Below, one piece after another: positions 33,300-47,537 of a DNA stretch of 64,000 bases. Each line of letters starts with the position of its first letter. Position 1 is the stretch's first letter. The notes below the pieces were generated by a model. That model saw nothing but the letters and a program-made list of their open reading frames with translations. It was not told where the DNA came from and made no database searches. Position numbers and translations under genes: made by a program. The stretch is from assembly GCF_009914755.1 (NCBI RefSeq), contig NC_060929.1. One strand, given 5' to 3'. This DNA is from the human T2T-CHM13v2.0 reference genome, Homo sapiens.

Positions 33300-34620
33300 T
33301 CCTGGATCAAGACTGGTCTGTCATCATAAAAGTCTTTTATTTTTACCTTTAATTCCTATTTCCTGTTGCCCTTATCACTAACCTTTTCTTGCAGAAAAAT
33401 CTCTGGGACCATAATCTGTGGAAGGCTTTATCAAGAAACCAGAGACTGCTTCTTGCTCTCCTACCACCACTAGAAATAGTACCTTGACATTTCCAATTAA
33501 TAACCTAATCACTACCAAATATAGAAAACCTATCCAAGTAGTGCCTGCAAAATGTACAATATATTGTACTTTTAATCATCTAGTACTCAAGACTTGGGGA
33601 CTACCTGAGATCTTGCTATTTGGCCTGGCTCATTCCTGCATTTTGAACAGCTTTTCCTGCAAGTTCCAATAGTACCTTCCATAATCACAGTTTATAGCAG
33701 TCTATAACCAAAATTAGTACCAATCTCAAAGTAGATGAAGATGTTAATTTCCACTGAGGAAAGATTCCAGTGGGGCTCCTGGTGGCTACCTCTTGGCAGT
33801 AGTGAGATACTAATAATATGGATCTTCAAGCTAATTCGTAAATTAGGAAAATCTGGGATTCTGTGCCAATGAGACCTCCCAGTGTTTCAGACAAGTAGAA
33901 GCCACTCTCCAAAAGGTGAATGAAAACACTGGTGTTCAACAAAAACACTTAATGGAATATTATGCAGCTTGAGATCCCCTTTTTGTCCATGTTGAGGGCT
34001 TGTGTAAGGTGTTGAACAAAACTGAACGTTGCATTTATCTTTCCCCTTTTATTACTACTACAGAAAGCTTAAGATGTTTCTCTAGACAACGCCACTTAAT
34101 ACATTTTTAAAATTTTGAGGTGAAAGGAGGACATAATGTGTTTGTGGGAGCAGCTAAATTTTGGTTTGCAGGCATTCTGAATGGTGAATAGCTAGCTTGA
34201 CTCTTCTAAAAAGTTTACTCATTTTTATGTTTTTTTTTTGTGACTTTCAAAGTTACTACGACTTTCATTACCAGTTTTACTACAAAGATGAACACTTCTT
34301 CAAGTCAGGCCATTTTATGGCAAACCGTGATCCTTAATTCTCAAATAAAGACTGTGACCAATTGGACTTGAATACTGTTGAATTCTATTTATTGCCTGAA
34401 CTTTGAATTTTTTTATTTTGTTTAGTTTGGTTTATGGAGACTCCTGTTAAGAGGTGTACTTTAGTTTCTTAGTATTTATTTACAGACATCATAATAGTCC
34501 CCCTGATATGTTGTATCCTCTCAAGAGTCTTAATTGCTTGTGTGCAGCCATTTTTGCACATTAGATAATCTCATTAGGGTTAGAATATCAAAAACATGAA
34601 GAAAGCATACAGACTCATTC
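33300..34620 (+). pseudogene. env: ERV env remnant (mostly TM subunit)
   Basis: 33949-34040 translates LMEYYAA*DPLFVHVEGLCKVLNKTERCIYL (immunosuppressive domain plus Cys loop); hydrophobic anchor-like segments downstream. Confidence 0.7.
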
Positions 34621-34755
34621 ACTTAATTTGATATCGTAATTGTGAATTACATACTAAGACCAAATACATCCATTATGATGGTGACAGAAAGTGGGGTCAG
34701 TGTCCAAGGTTTTCGTCAATGTCTCAAAATTGAGAAGTTGATGAAAAGGAACAAA

Positions 34756-35140
34756 TTTTAAAAGTAAATTTGGTCTAAAGCTGCCTCTGTACAGAGCAAA
34801 CTATAATCTAACTTACATGTAGACAAACTGCAAGCTAAATTGAGAGTATGTTCTTCTAACAAGTCATCAAAGCTTGGCCAATCACAACAGCCAAGTTTTC
34901 AGGCAATCACATGCTGCAAACCACTCAGGCATGTTCAAATAAGGCAAACATTGAGCTATAACCAATCAGGCTATTTCTGTATGTCACTTCATTATACTGT
35001 GTATAAGTACTGTGGGTCTAAGTTGTTGAGTGGAGTTCTCTGAACCTTTACTGATTCAGTGTGCTGCCCAATTCATGAATTGTTTTCTTGCTCAAAGTAA
35101 CTCTGATAAATTTAGTTTTCTAAAAGTTTTTCTTTTAACA
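34756..35140 (+). mobile_element. 3' LTR (MER57-type), preceded by a purine tract (gaaaaggaacaaa)
   Basis: Aligns with the 5' LTR; ends tcttttaaca followed by the TSD GAAG. Confidence 0.9.
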
Positions 35141-36123
35141 GAAGAAATCTACCCTAAGATGACAGCTATGGTAAAGGGTGAAAATCAAGAGAAATAGTAA
35201 TGATTATATGTGGCAGAATAATCTCTTCACTCATCTTAATTCTTTTGGCACTCTCTGGGGGTAAGAAAGTGCAAAGAGAACAATAGAGTCAGTACGCCTC
35301 CATGCCAAGTTATAACACCAACTCATAAAAGCTACCAGGAAAAAAAACTTTTTCTCTACCTTATACCCTATGGTATACTTTATTCAATAATGCCAGTAGG
35401 CTATAATGGTGAATTAACTATAGCAATGGGGAAAATGACAGGTATATGTAGTGCCCTTGATCTATATGATCTCTCTGGAATAATAACTTCAGTTATCCAA
35501 AACTCATCCTTTTCATGATGGACTCAGTTCCTGTTCTTTTCTCAAGCTTATCTCAAAAGCTATTCCAATTTAGATCTTGTCTTAGATGGTGCAACCAATA
35601 TGAAAGGGAGAAGCATGATAATAACTGAGACGGAATTTCCTAGCAATCATGATGGGTCGAGTATATAGCAGATTAAAGATTTAATTTGACTGTGTAAAAT
35701 AAATGTAACTGCCTTAGTAAATAAGCTGGTCTCAGTTAGATGCAAGCAGAGCTTTATTCTTTCTCATCACCATACCCGCAAAACTTCTTTTGGTGTGTTA
35801 CTCCAGGCTCTCACAATGATATATTATGTAAGTCCTAGAGTTTTTCCAGTCATTCTTGGGTGTTAAACTGACCACCAGACACTACAGTTCTTCCTATGTG
35901 GATGTATGTAGCAGTGTGCTGAAGTCAGCTCATACTGACCCTAGACAGAAACCTCCTCTCTGAAGAGGGTGCATAGTATCTTGATCACTTTCCTTAGAGT
36001 AGTCCATTCTTCTCTATCTCTATATTTCCCAGTGAAATATTTTCTTCTTTCCTTCTTCTTCCTTCCTTCCTTCTTTCCTTTCTATTTTTAAAATATTTTT
36101 TGATTATCTCTAGTGCTGATTGA

Positions 36124-36453
<330 letters not shown>

Positions 36454-37719
36454 CCCAGAATACATTTTTTAAATAATTCTTTCCAAGATCTTCATGGTTA
36501 GTTTCTAGAATTTAGGACTGCTTGGTAATAAAATTTTTCTCTTGCTCCTAAAACTGTAGAAAGCATCACATTTAGCGTCCTTAGATATACATATAAAAAG
36601 CATGCGGCTGCTTTCGTTCTAGTTATGTTAAATTTTGTAACCACCAGGTACTCAACACACAGTTCTATACCACAGGAAATTCCCATGTGATCAAATTTAT
36701 CTAGACATTACAATACATTGCAGGTATCCTAATAAAATGTATTACTTGGCCTGATTTCCTACTCCGTGCCACAGGAATTTTAAATCTTCTCCACTTTATT
36801 TAAACTTTTTACTACATTATTATATCATACCTCACACAGAAAATAGTAGTTACCAGTCATGAAATTCTTTACACATCCCTGCTACAATACCAGCATCTAA
36901 ACTCATCATCAATTCTGACCTTTCTGTTAGGATAGAGGAAGTATATGTACTCTTATCTGAAGTCAGTTCCTCTGTTTATATTCTCATAGATCTCTCTGCT
37001 ACAATCCCCAAAACTCTTACAACTTCTATATAAATTGAACTTCTCCCTGACTCTTCCCATACTATGGATCATTTTAGTCTTTGTGCTGCAATCATATTAA
37101 TCTTCTCCAAATGTGCAATATTGTTATCTTTCATCAGTAGCAACACGAGCTTTTCCTTTTCAGATTCTGAAACTAGCATACCTTTTGCAATCAAGGTCAT
37201 ATTACAAATGAATTATAGCATTTTATCTTTCTTCATATTTCATAAAATAGTGTGACATGTTAAAAATCTAAGGCACTGTATAATTAATGAAAATGTTATT
37301 TCTGGCAAAAGTCTTCGCTCATGTTGTTTCTTTTCTCCTGAGCCCATTTCTTACCTAATTTATATTTATCCTTCATGCTTCAGCTTAGTCATATTTCCTT
37401 CCAAACATCTCAAATACATAGATAAAAATATAACATAAATTATATTAAACTAATTAAATTAAATACATAAAGTACATTGTAACATGTAAACTGCATAGTG
37501 TACTGCAGAAAAACCAGGAAAACAAGTGGCAGAACTGCAGTTAGAATTGAGTAGAAGGCTTATCAAACTTGTGCAAACTTGGATGAGCCCACGGTGCTGA
37601 GTCACATCACCCTGTAGAAGCTAGCTAGTCCAACATCCTCATTTTTACAAGGACAAGAAATATTAAATGTCTCACCAAGAAAACCCAGCTACTTTGTGAC
37701 AGAGGGCAGAACCTTAGAT

Positions 37720-37934
37720 CAGATATTGGCACTTTTATGTGAAAGAGCAGGACTATTTTAAGCATTGTAGATCATGCAGTATTTGTTGTATCTACCCAAC
37801 TTGGGCATGGTAGAGTGAAAGTAGTCATAGACAATCTATAAATGAATAAGCATGGTTCTATTCCAATAATATCTTCTTTATAAAAATAAGTAGCATTTGA
37901 ATTTGGATCATCAAATGTAGTTTTTCAAACCTCA
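37720..37934. mobile_element. MER58A hAT-Charlie MITE
   Basis: gtgaaagtagtcatagacaatctataaatgaataagcatggttctattccaataa; 8-bp TSD CCTTAGAT / CCTTAGAG. Confidence 0.8.
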
Positions 37935-38431
37935 CCTTAGAGTATAAGACAGAGAGTCTGCACCCTCCATAATATAAAGGCAATAACATGTTTTGCAGAT
38001 GACAGTAAAGAGGACTGGGCATACACTACCTAAAATGCAAGAAAGGAAGATGAGCTGAATGAATGTAGCATGTGAGGTATTGTGTTGGCTCCTGGATGGG
38101 TATTCTAAAATACATAAAAGTACAGTGAATTTTCAACATGAATTTCCAGAGAGTTTCCTTTTTTACACTAATGTTTCATATATAAATTCACACTTTATTG
38201 TATAACTCAGTAATAAAATGGTACTAGTATTTTTAATTGAATATCTTGATTTCTGAAACTTTTTAAAATGCATAGAGTCTGCTATGATTTTAAAATAAAT
38301 TTTTTTCGGAACCATTACAAAGATCATAAAGCTAGGCAAAACAAAGAAAAAGTGGAAAAATTGCCTTGAAGATTCATAATTTCTCTCCTGTGGAAAAAGT
38401 TAAGATGAACTCTAATTTACAGCAACTACCG

Positions 38432-38820
<389 letters not shown>

Positions 38821-39340
38821 AGCAGCTACCTTTTACCCATCAACTTCCTCCAAGTGTGGTTCCTCTTCTTTCTTTCTCCATATCAGTTGTTGACACTTGA
38901 ATGGAACAAGATTCACTTATTTTAACTAAATAAGAAACAGTCACAGTCATGGAATCAGGAGCTTTCCATTGACTATGAAGATAGAAAATGTAATGATAAC
39001 ACTTAACAATCTTTTCACAAGCTGATTCTAGAAACTAGGTCCTAGGCCGTGACTCACTTGAGATGTAAAGCGACAGAACAAGAGTAACCCAGTGAAAGCT
39101 CTCATAAATGAAGTTTTTATGTATATAGGACTAATGAAAACAAGAATAAGGTATAAGAAATATTCTTGAAGAATGTGAGGTACCTGAGCTGCACACTGAG
39201 AAGCAGTTGTCTCACAGTAAAATGAATACAGAACCCCCTTGTGAGACTGGTGTTGACATTCGATGTTATAGGTTGCGTCAAAGACAATCTACGAGGGAGG
39301 CTGTCTACCTGCGGAAGGTCATGGAGTTAAACTGTCCGCC

Positions 39341-39354
39341 ATGCTGACTCGGCA
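39341..39354. promoter_or_regulatory. Maf/AP-1 (T-MARE)-like site in a CpG-retaining candidate enhancer
   Basis: TGCTGACTCGGCA (39342-39354), 12/13 match to TGCTGACTCAGCA; motif only, no functional data. Confidence 0.4.
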
Positions 39355-39859
39355 CAGTGGCATTCATCACAGCACACAGGTTTCTTCCACGGCAAACAGA
39401 ACTTCCTCAGGCGTGAGAAGAAACCTGGCATTTTCTGCTACCTGCGGGCTTCTGCTTTTTGAAGCCAGGAAGGACATCTGTAAAAGTTGGCTGCCTGCAT
39501 GGCAGACCACGCAAAATGCCAAGGAGAGTGATTTATGTCCCATCCTCTGAGACTAAACAGGAAATACACCCAGATTTTAGTAATGAAAGGTCAGGACAGG
39601 GAAACACTTTTATTATACTGCTTTCAAAAAACCTAAAATAAGGACATTATTTCCACAATTTACACATTTCCACTTAATGTAGCACTTCTATCCCTAAGTT
39701 CTGAATTGTGATAGATATTTAAATGTAGTACCACTTTTTAAAAGCATAAATCTCAGAGCTTCTATGTATTTCTCAAGGGTAAAAAGGTACAGTACATTTC
39801 CTTTCTTTAACTCATCCCTGTTTTGTTAAGTAAATTTGTTAAGTAATGAGTCAGAACAC

Positions 39860-40010
39860 ATAGCTCAGATAACCAGTGGACTTAAGAATCATAACGTTTT
39901 AAAGTTGGAAAGAGACATGATAATCATTAAGGGGTCGAATTCCTTCTTTTTTAGAAATATGTGAACTTGTGTCTGGGAAGTCAGATTAATTGCTAAAATT
40001 TCCCATTGAG
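39860..40010 (-). mobile_element. MIR3 fragment
   Basis: agaatcataacgttttaaagttggaaagagac...tcctt...tttagaaatatgtgaact. Confidence 0.55.
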
Positions 40011-42670
40011 AACATAAAAAGCAAATAAAAGAAACAATGGACTGTTTCTATATAATTTTTAGTTTTCATAATATCTTTAAGATAGAAAATTGAAATATGA
40101 AGAGAATGGCTAGTGACAGTTCATTCTTATCTAACTTGGATTTGAAAAACAATATAGTGTTTTTGTTTTTTTTTTTACTTGTCCATGTGCTCTGGTATTA
40201 TTGCTTGACACTCTCAATGACACTATGCTAAGCATCATAAGAGGAAGTTAAAGTGAGCAAGACAAAGAAAGACCCTGTCCTTAAAAAACAAAACAAAACA
40301 AAAAATCTTCTGGAGCTTAGGTAATTTTCTCAGAAGTCATTCATCAAATTTAGTCATTTGAATAATTTATTTGTTTATTATTATTCTTTTTTTTCAGTTT
40401 CTGAACACATTTACAAGAGAAAAGAATACAGGGAGATTCTGCCACTGTGGCTTATAGTCTAATGGACGAAAAAGCACATGTATAATCTCACACGTGAATG
40501 TATTTTAATTCTTAAGTGGATAATCTCTATCTGGAGGAGCAGAGAAAATAAAGTAAACAAAATAATATATCAGTATATTCACTGTTTCAAGTAGACCCAC
40601 ACAAAAAATGTTTTGCCTTAAATAGATAGAAAAAAAAAAGAGAATCGTCATGATTTGTACCAACTCAAACAATGTAATGGTCAGAACTTAATGTAACTTT
40701 ATTTTAGTTTAGGAATAATGTACCCACATAAAATTTTTAAGTTATAATATAAATTATTTTACATCAATTTTTTATTATTAACCTTACTGGATGTCTTATT
40801 ATTTCAGTGAACAAAACATATCTAATACACATATGCTTTTAACAGCTCCTTTTTGTTTTCCAGGAAAAAAAAATGCCAAGGGAACAGATACATTGAATTA
40901 AAAGCAACAACAATGCATCTCATGTGTATTTCATAATTACAAGCTAATTTATTTTATTTGGCAATGATTTTATTCTTAAATTTCAGCAACTAGGACTAAA
41001 AAGTCAAACAAATCCACCAGATTCTTTTAAACTGTCCTGTAAGCAGAACACTTTCAAAGCTGATAGTGCATGTTTCTTACTTTGGATGCAGATAACCTAG
41101 TGTTTCATACTGAAAAACTATACTATACATTTTTGAGATAGATGCAAATTCACAAGAAAAAGTGAATATTAAGGTATAAAATAAGAAAAAAATTCTGATG
41201 TAATGGTGGGAACAGCAAGTTCTTCTTCTTCTTAGGCTCTAGTTGTATTTAAGCTGAGAGGACTGCACTATCACTGAAGCTGTAGCCAGTCCTAATATGT
41301 GTTTTAGGATTTGCTGCACTAGTTTCCTTTGTTACTGCTCTCATGTTTCCTTGTGATTCACCCAACATTTATCCAAATTGAAGTTACAACTGTGAACTGA
41401 AAACGTTTTCATTGCTAATAACAACCGTAAGTCTAAGAATGGCCATAGATATCTGGCAGTACTGTAGGCTAAAAATTAGAAAGGGACCATTAGAAGGTGG
41501 AAAAAAATACATAAATGTAACAGGCAAGAGAAGAAAGAATGATCAGGAAAACCATATTAATTTATTTTATGAGCCTCTATTGACATTCAATAGTAGAGAA
41601 GAGAGGAAAGGAGAAGAAAGAGAGAGAAAGAGAAAGAAAAAGGGTTTACAGCTCAACTCTCAAAATCTATTTAAGATTTTATTTTCAAAACTGGAAAATT
41701 AAATTTAAAGAATATTAAAATGAAATTATCAGACAGGAAAATTAAAGTAACAATAATAAATATATAACTATAAATACATACTATTGAAAAAAGTAGATAT
41801 CAACAAATAATGTAAAAAGTGAGATAGAAATTCTAAGAAAGAATAAAAATAAAATTTTATAAGTAAAAATAGTTATAATAGAAAAGATATGTCAATGGGC
41901 CCGTAATTATGCCATATATGGCTGGAGAGTCAGTGAGATGAAGATAGGTTGATAGAAACTTCCCAAACTGAAATATAAACAGGAAAATAATTTTTTTAAA
42001 AAGGAACAGAAACAGAACTTCAAAAACTTGTCAGACAGTATCCAAAGAAGTTGTAATGTACATATAATTATAAAGAGAAGAGAGAAAAGTATAAAGCAAA
42101 ATAAATATTTAAAGTTATCATATATGAGAATTTTCCAAAACTAATGACAAACATGAAGTAACTAATAGTGCAAATACAGGGAACACCAAATAGTATAAAC
42201 AAACTAACAAAACAACTGCAAAGAAAAATAGCAAGCAAGCAAGAAAACAAAACAAAAACAATAACCAAGACCTAACCCTAGGCTTACCATATTCCACCTA
42301 AAACCAAGCAAAATGGAAATAGTGAAAGAGGCTAGATGTGGAAAGTTGATATGTTACCTACAGAGTTACTAGCACATAAATTACAGCACACTCCTTGTCA
42401 GAAACAACGTGGACAAAAGAGAGGAAGGAAAAAAGTGCTGACAGGAAAAAAGAAAGCTAACATAACAACCCAAAATTCTACATTTAAGAATATTGTTGTT
42501 CAAAATTAAAAGAGAAATAAAGACAATTCTCAGACAAATGAAGAAGCAAATTTTATCCTCAGTAGACCTACACCATAAGATATATTAAAATAAATTCCTA
42601 ATGTAGAAAGAAAATGAGATAGGTCAGAAACTCAGATCTGTGGAAAGACAAGAAAATAAGAAAGACATTA

Positions 42671-42750
42671 CTGTATTTTGCACATAAAATTTTAGTGGAT
42701 AGATCTCATGTTAAGTGTGCTGACCATAATATTAAAAGAAATAAAAATAA
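42671..42750 (+). mobile_element. Short L1MA/L1MB 3' tip nested in the old L1
   Basis: tgtattttgcacataaaatttt...tagatctcatgttaagtgtgctgaccataata followed by an A-rich tail. Confidence 0.5.
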
Positions 42751-44573
42751 TGTGCAAAAATAAAGGTAAAGTATTATATTTTATTATAATTACATAAAAT
42801 AACCGTTAACTTTAAATAATAATACCAACAATATATTGGGTGATATAACATGCAGGTCAGTAAAATAAATGACAGCAGTGGGAGGGAGAAATTGGAAATA
42901 CTCTAAGTTACTTTACTACAGGTGATGCAGAATAGTGTTAATTGAAGGTGGCATTAATTAAATTGTAAATATATCTTGCAAAATTGTAAATATATCTAAG
43001 GCACCAATATTTTTATTAAAATAAAGTTAATATGCTAATGGAGGAGATATATTGGCATCATATAAAATATACATTTAAAATCAGAGAAGCCAAAAATAAG
43101 GCAAAACAAAAAACAAAAAAAGAAGTACAACAGGTACAGTGAATAAAAAATAATAACAGTAACAGAAATGGTAGGTGTTAATCCAACTATATAAATAAAA
43201 ACTTTAAATGGGAATGGTCTATAGACAGAACCTGTTATAGCTGATAACATACACACATAAACACACAAGACCCAACTATATGCAAGACCCAACTATATGG
43301 TTTCTCCAACAAAAAGCAACCAAACAAAAAATATATACATATACAAAGACTCAAATAGGTGAAATGTAAAAGGATGGAGAGAGAAATACCTTAACAAGCT
43401 ATAGTAGTTATATTAATTTCAAACCAAAAAGTATTCAGAAAAAAATAGTTTACATTAAAGAGAGACATTACATGATAATAAGGGAGTCATTTCTCCAAAA
43501 AATATGTGGCAATCCTTAGATTATACACATGTAACAACAGAGAATCATAGTACATAAGATAAGAACTGATAGAAGAGTTAAGAATAATAGATAAATACAC
43601 TGTTATAGTTGAAAACTTCAACACTACTCTACCAGCAATTGACAGATCAGGTAATAATTAAGAATATACATGAACTAAATAACACAATCCATCAGCTGTG
43701 TCTGTCATTTACAAAATGCTTCATTCAACAACAGAACACACATTCTTCTAAAGCTCATGTGAAACTCAGCTTCTAGTGTTCCAAGAACAGCACGTGATCT
43801 CTTCTAAAGATAGATCACATGCTTGGCCATAAAATACACCTTCCTAAATTTGAGATAATAAAAACCGCACAAAGTAACTCTCACACCATAATTAATTAGA
43901 AATCAATAACATAAAAAATTTAAAAATCCCTACAATTAGAAATGAAACAACATAGTTTCAATAACACATAGGGCAAGTAAATAGCCTCAAGAAAATCTTT
44001 AAAATAATTTTAGCTAGAGAAAAACCAAAAATACACCTACCAAAATTTGTAGGATGCAACAAAGTCTGATTTTGGAGGAAAATTTATAGCATTGGAAACA
44101 TATACTAGAAAAAAATAAAATTCTAATATCAATAAACTAAAGTAAGCCTAAATCAAGAAGAAAGTGAATAGTAAAAATTAAAGCAAATTCAATGAAATTG
44201 CAAATAGAAAATTAGGAAAGACATTAAATGCAATCAAAAGCTGTTTATTTGAAAACAGCAATAAAATTAATAAACTTCTATCCAGGACAACCAAGCTTAA
44301 TAGACGAAATTTAATTGCTTTGTAATATACCAGCACTGGATAATTGAAATTTGGAATTTAAAAAAAGAAATACTTTGGTATATATATCTAATATATACAG
44401 GACCTATATGAGTATAAAACTCTAATGAAAGAAATTAAAAATGATCCAAATATGGAATGTTACTTATTAGAAAGTTTTAATGTTAAGAGGTTAGTTCTTT
44501 CAGTCTCAGTTGAAATCCCAGCAAGTTATTTTGCAGATATCAATAAATAGATTTTAAAGTTTATATAGAAAGT

Positions 44574-44946
44574 TGTTATGGACTGAATTGTGTTCCTTCT
44601 ATATTCATCTGTTGAAGTCCTTGCTGCCAATGTGACTTTATTTGGAAATAGGGCCTTTAAAGAGGTGATTAGGGTTAAAAGAGGTCATAAAACTGGGGCC
44701 ATAATTCAACAGGACTGATGTTCTTAGAAGAAGATAACAGAATTTGCATGCACAGATGGCCATGTGAGGACACAGCAGGAAGATACCCATCTGCAAACCA
44801 AGAAAAGAGACCTCAGGGGAAACAAAACCTGCTAACGCCCTGATATTGGATTTCCAGTCTCCAGAACTGTGAGAAAATTAATTTTTGTTGTTTAAAGCAA
44901 CCCAATCTCTGGTATTTTGTTATGGCAGCACTAGCAAACTAATACA
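44574..44946 (+). mobile_element. MLT1B-type MaLR solo LTR
   Basis: tgttatggactgaattgtg ... ggccatgtgaggacacag ... ccagaactgtgagaaaat ... ctagcaaactaataca; L1 sequence resumes on both sides. Confidence 0.9.
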
Positions 44947-46360
44947 GAATTCAAAGGTCCTGAAGAGCCAAAACGATATTAAAGAATGGTCAAAGGACTA
45001 ACCAAACCCAAACCTCAATACTTACTGTAAAAGCTGCAGTAAACAAGTCAATGTGGCATTTGAGAAATGAGAAGACAAATTGATCAATAGACCAAAATGA
45101 ACAGCACAAAAATAGACCCACACAAATATAGTCACCTTATAAAGACAATTCAATGGATAAAGCACAGACTTTTCCGCAAATACTGCTGGAAAAATTGGAC
45201 ATATACATGCAAAAAAGAAGAAGAAAAATAAAAAAGAAGAAAACATCAACCTTTCAGTTTGCACAAAAATCAATCCAAACTAGATCATAGACCTACACGT
45301 AAAATACAATACCATGAAATTTCTATAAGCTAATATGGAAAAAAATGTAAGTTAGCTTGGGTTTGCTAATGAGTTATTAGACGTAATATCAAAAGCATGA
45401 TGCATGAAAAATATAAGAATCTGGGCTTTATTAAAATTAAAATCTTCTGCTCCCAAATACACTGTTAAGAAAATAAAAACAACCATAGACTGGGATAAAA
45501 TATTTACAAAACACATTAAAGACTTATAGACAAAGTACAGGAATAATGATTATAACTTACATAGTAAGAAAACAAGCAGCCTAATTAATAAGCAATAAAA
45601 GGATCTCAACAGAAATCTCACCAAAGAACATACACAGATGATATAGAAGCATGTGGAAAGGTGTTCAACATCATTTTTTCACCAAGTTAAAACTACAATG
45701 AGATACCACAGGCCACCTATTAGAATGTCAAAAATCCAAATTACTGACAATACCAAATGCTGCCAAGGATTCAGAGAAATATGAAATTTCATTTATTGCT
45801 AATGGGAATGCAAATAATAAAATAAAATTAAACCTAAAAAGTGGGCATGGCACTTGGGAAGACAGTTCAGCAGTTTCTTACAAAGAAGAAAGCTAGGGAC
45901 TAAAGGCTACGAAAACTATACATAAGCACTGTACTCTCCTTGTTAACATTGTTCCCTCAGTCCATATGTTTTAGAGTATTTTTAGAGTATTTTATTAAGA
46001 ATGCTTAAAGGGGTCAGCTAAAATACTTATATAATATAAATTAATAATAATATATCTCTAAATGACAAATAATGCAGGATAAAAACATTTTCAAGTCTTC
46101 AGAATATGGATATTGGTTATGGTTTAAAAATTTGCATGCCCACAATATATTTATATTGGATTTCAATAATTAAGTAAATGGTTGGCATATTCTGGCAGGC
46201 AGTGTTTTCAATTTGGAGTGGGAGGGTATAGTCAAAGAGAAGAAGGCTTTAATGATGTATCTGGTAATGGAATAGCATTTGAAGCATCAATATTAATTCA
46301 TGTTTAGCTTAATACATATATAGATGAATGCAGATATATATATAGACTGAGATATATGTC

Positions 46361-46373
46361 TGTGTGTGTGTGT

Positions 46374-46411
<38 letters not shown>
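46361..46411. repeat. (TG)6 + (TA)~17 compound microsatellite
   Basis: Seen directly. Confidence 0.95.
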
Positions 46412-46414
<3 letters not shown>

Positions 46415-47070
46415 TAATATACATATATTTGCTTGCTCTGTAGGCTGAGGGGGCCTAAAGGCAATGACACTGTACTAGCAATGAATATTTCTAGCATTCA
46501 AATCTTGACTTCTAAAATCATTCCCCAATAGAAGGAACTAGGAGTTCTTGGAAAAATACTAATTCTAGTATTCAGGAAAAATGTATACAAGATGGCTCTG
46601 GAGCTCCTTGTAATGCCAAAAAGTAGTAAGGAATTGCTAAAAACACAAAAACACAATGATAGGGCTCTGTATCAGAGGGAAACAGAGCTGACTAAAAGAG
46701 CTCCCAATGGCAAAAGCTGGAACAATCTGAGAACGAAAATGAATTAGTATTGGATTGTAACAATACAATACTAATTGTTATAATAATATATAAATAAAAA
46801 TAAATACCCATGATTCCACACTTATTTTAATAAATGATTGAAAGAATAAAAAGTGGAGCAGAGAGACAAACCTACATAGAAAAATTCCCAAAACATTTAC
46901 ATGGATAATCTACTCTTCAAGACATCACTACTATTCTTTAAATGTGAGCTGCATATAAGGCCTTCTTTTGAAAGACTAGTATATGATCAAGGACAGAAGA
47001 GTAACTTTACAGTGAAGAATCCTGACAAACACTATCTCACTCATGTGATTAATTTTCACATCAATAAAAC

Positions 47071-47537
47071 TGAGCAGGAGGCAGGACTTGACTGTGGAGG
47101 TGGGGCTTGGACACTAGACCAAATTGAGAACTAGCTAAAACAGGGATAGGGTGGAAGTACTTTTCCATAAGACATGCCCACTAGTGTGCCATGACAGTTT
47201 ACCATTTCCATGGCAACACTCATGAGTTACCACACCTTTCCATAACAACAACCTTACCACCATCTTTCTAAAAATTTCTGCATAATCTGCCTCTTAATTT
47301 GCATATAATTAAAAGTGGGTATAAATATAACCACAGAACTGCCTCTGAGCTCCTACTCTGGGCACACTGCCCATTGGGTAGCCCTGCTGTGCAAGGAGCA
47401 ATACCTGTGGCTGCACACTGCCACCTCAATAAAAATTGCTGTCTAACATACCAGCTCACCCTTGAATTCTTTCCTAGGTGAATCTAAAAACCCTTCCAGG
47501 CTAAGCCCCTGTTTGGGGGCTCACTTGCCCAGCATCA
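47071..47537 (+). mobile_element. MER41-like ERV1 solo LTR
   Basis: TG...CA ends; 4-bp TSD AAAC (47067-47070, 47538-47541); gccatgacagtttacc...ccatggcaac; TATAAAT at 47320; AATAAA at 47428. Confidence 0.85.

Noticed and set aside
33300-34620. Domesticated env (syncytin-like) gene
   Set aside because: Multiple stops and frameshifts, SU largely missing; no long ORF
39364-39370. Minus-strand GTGATGA as a snoRNA C box
   Set aside because: No D box (CTGA) at a suitable distance and no terminal stem
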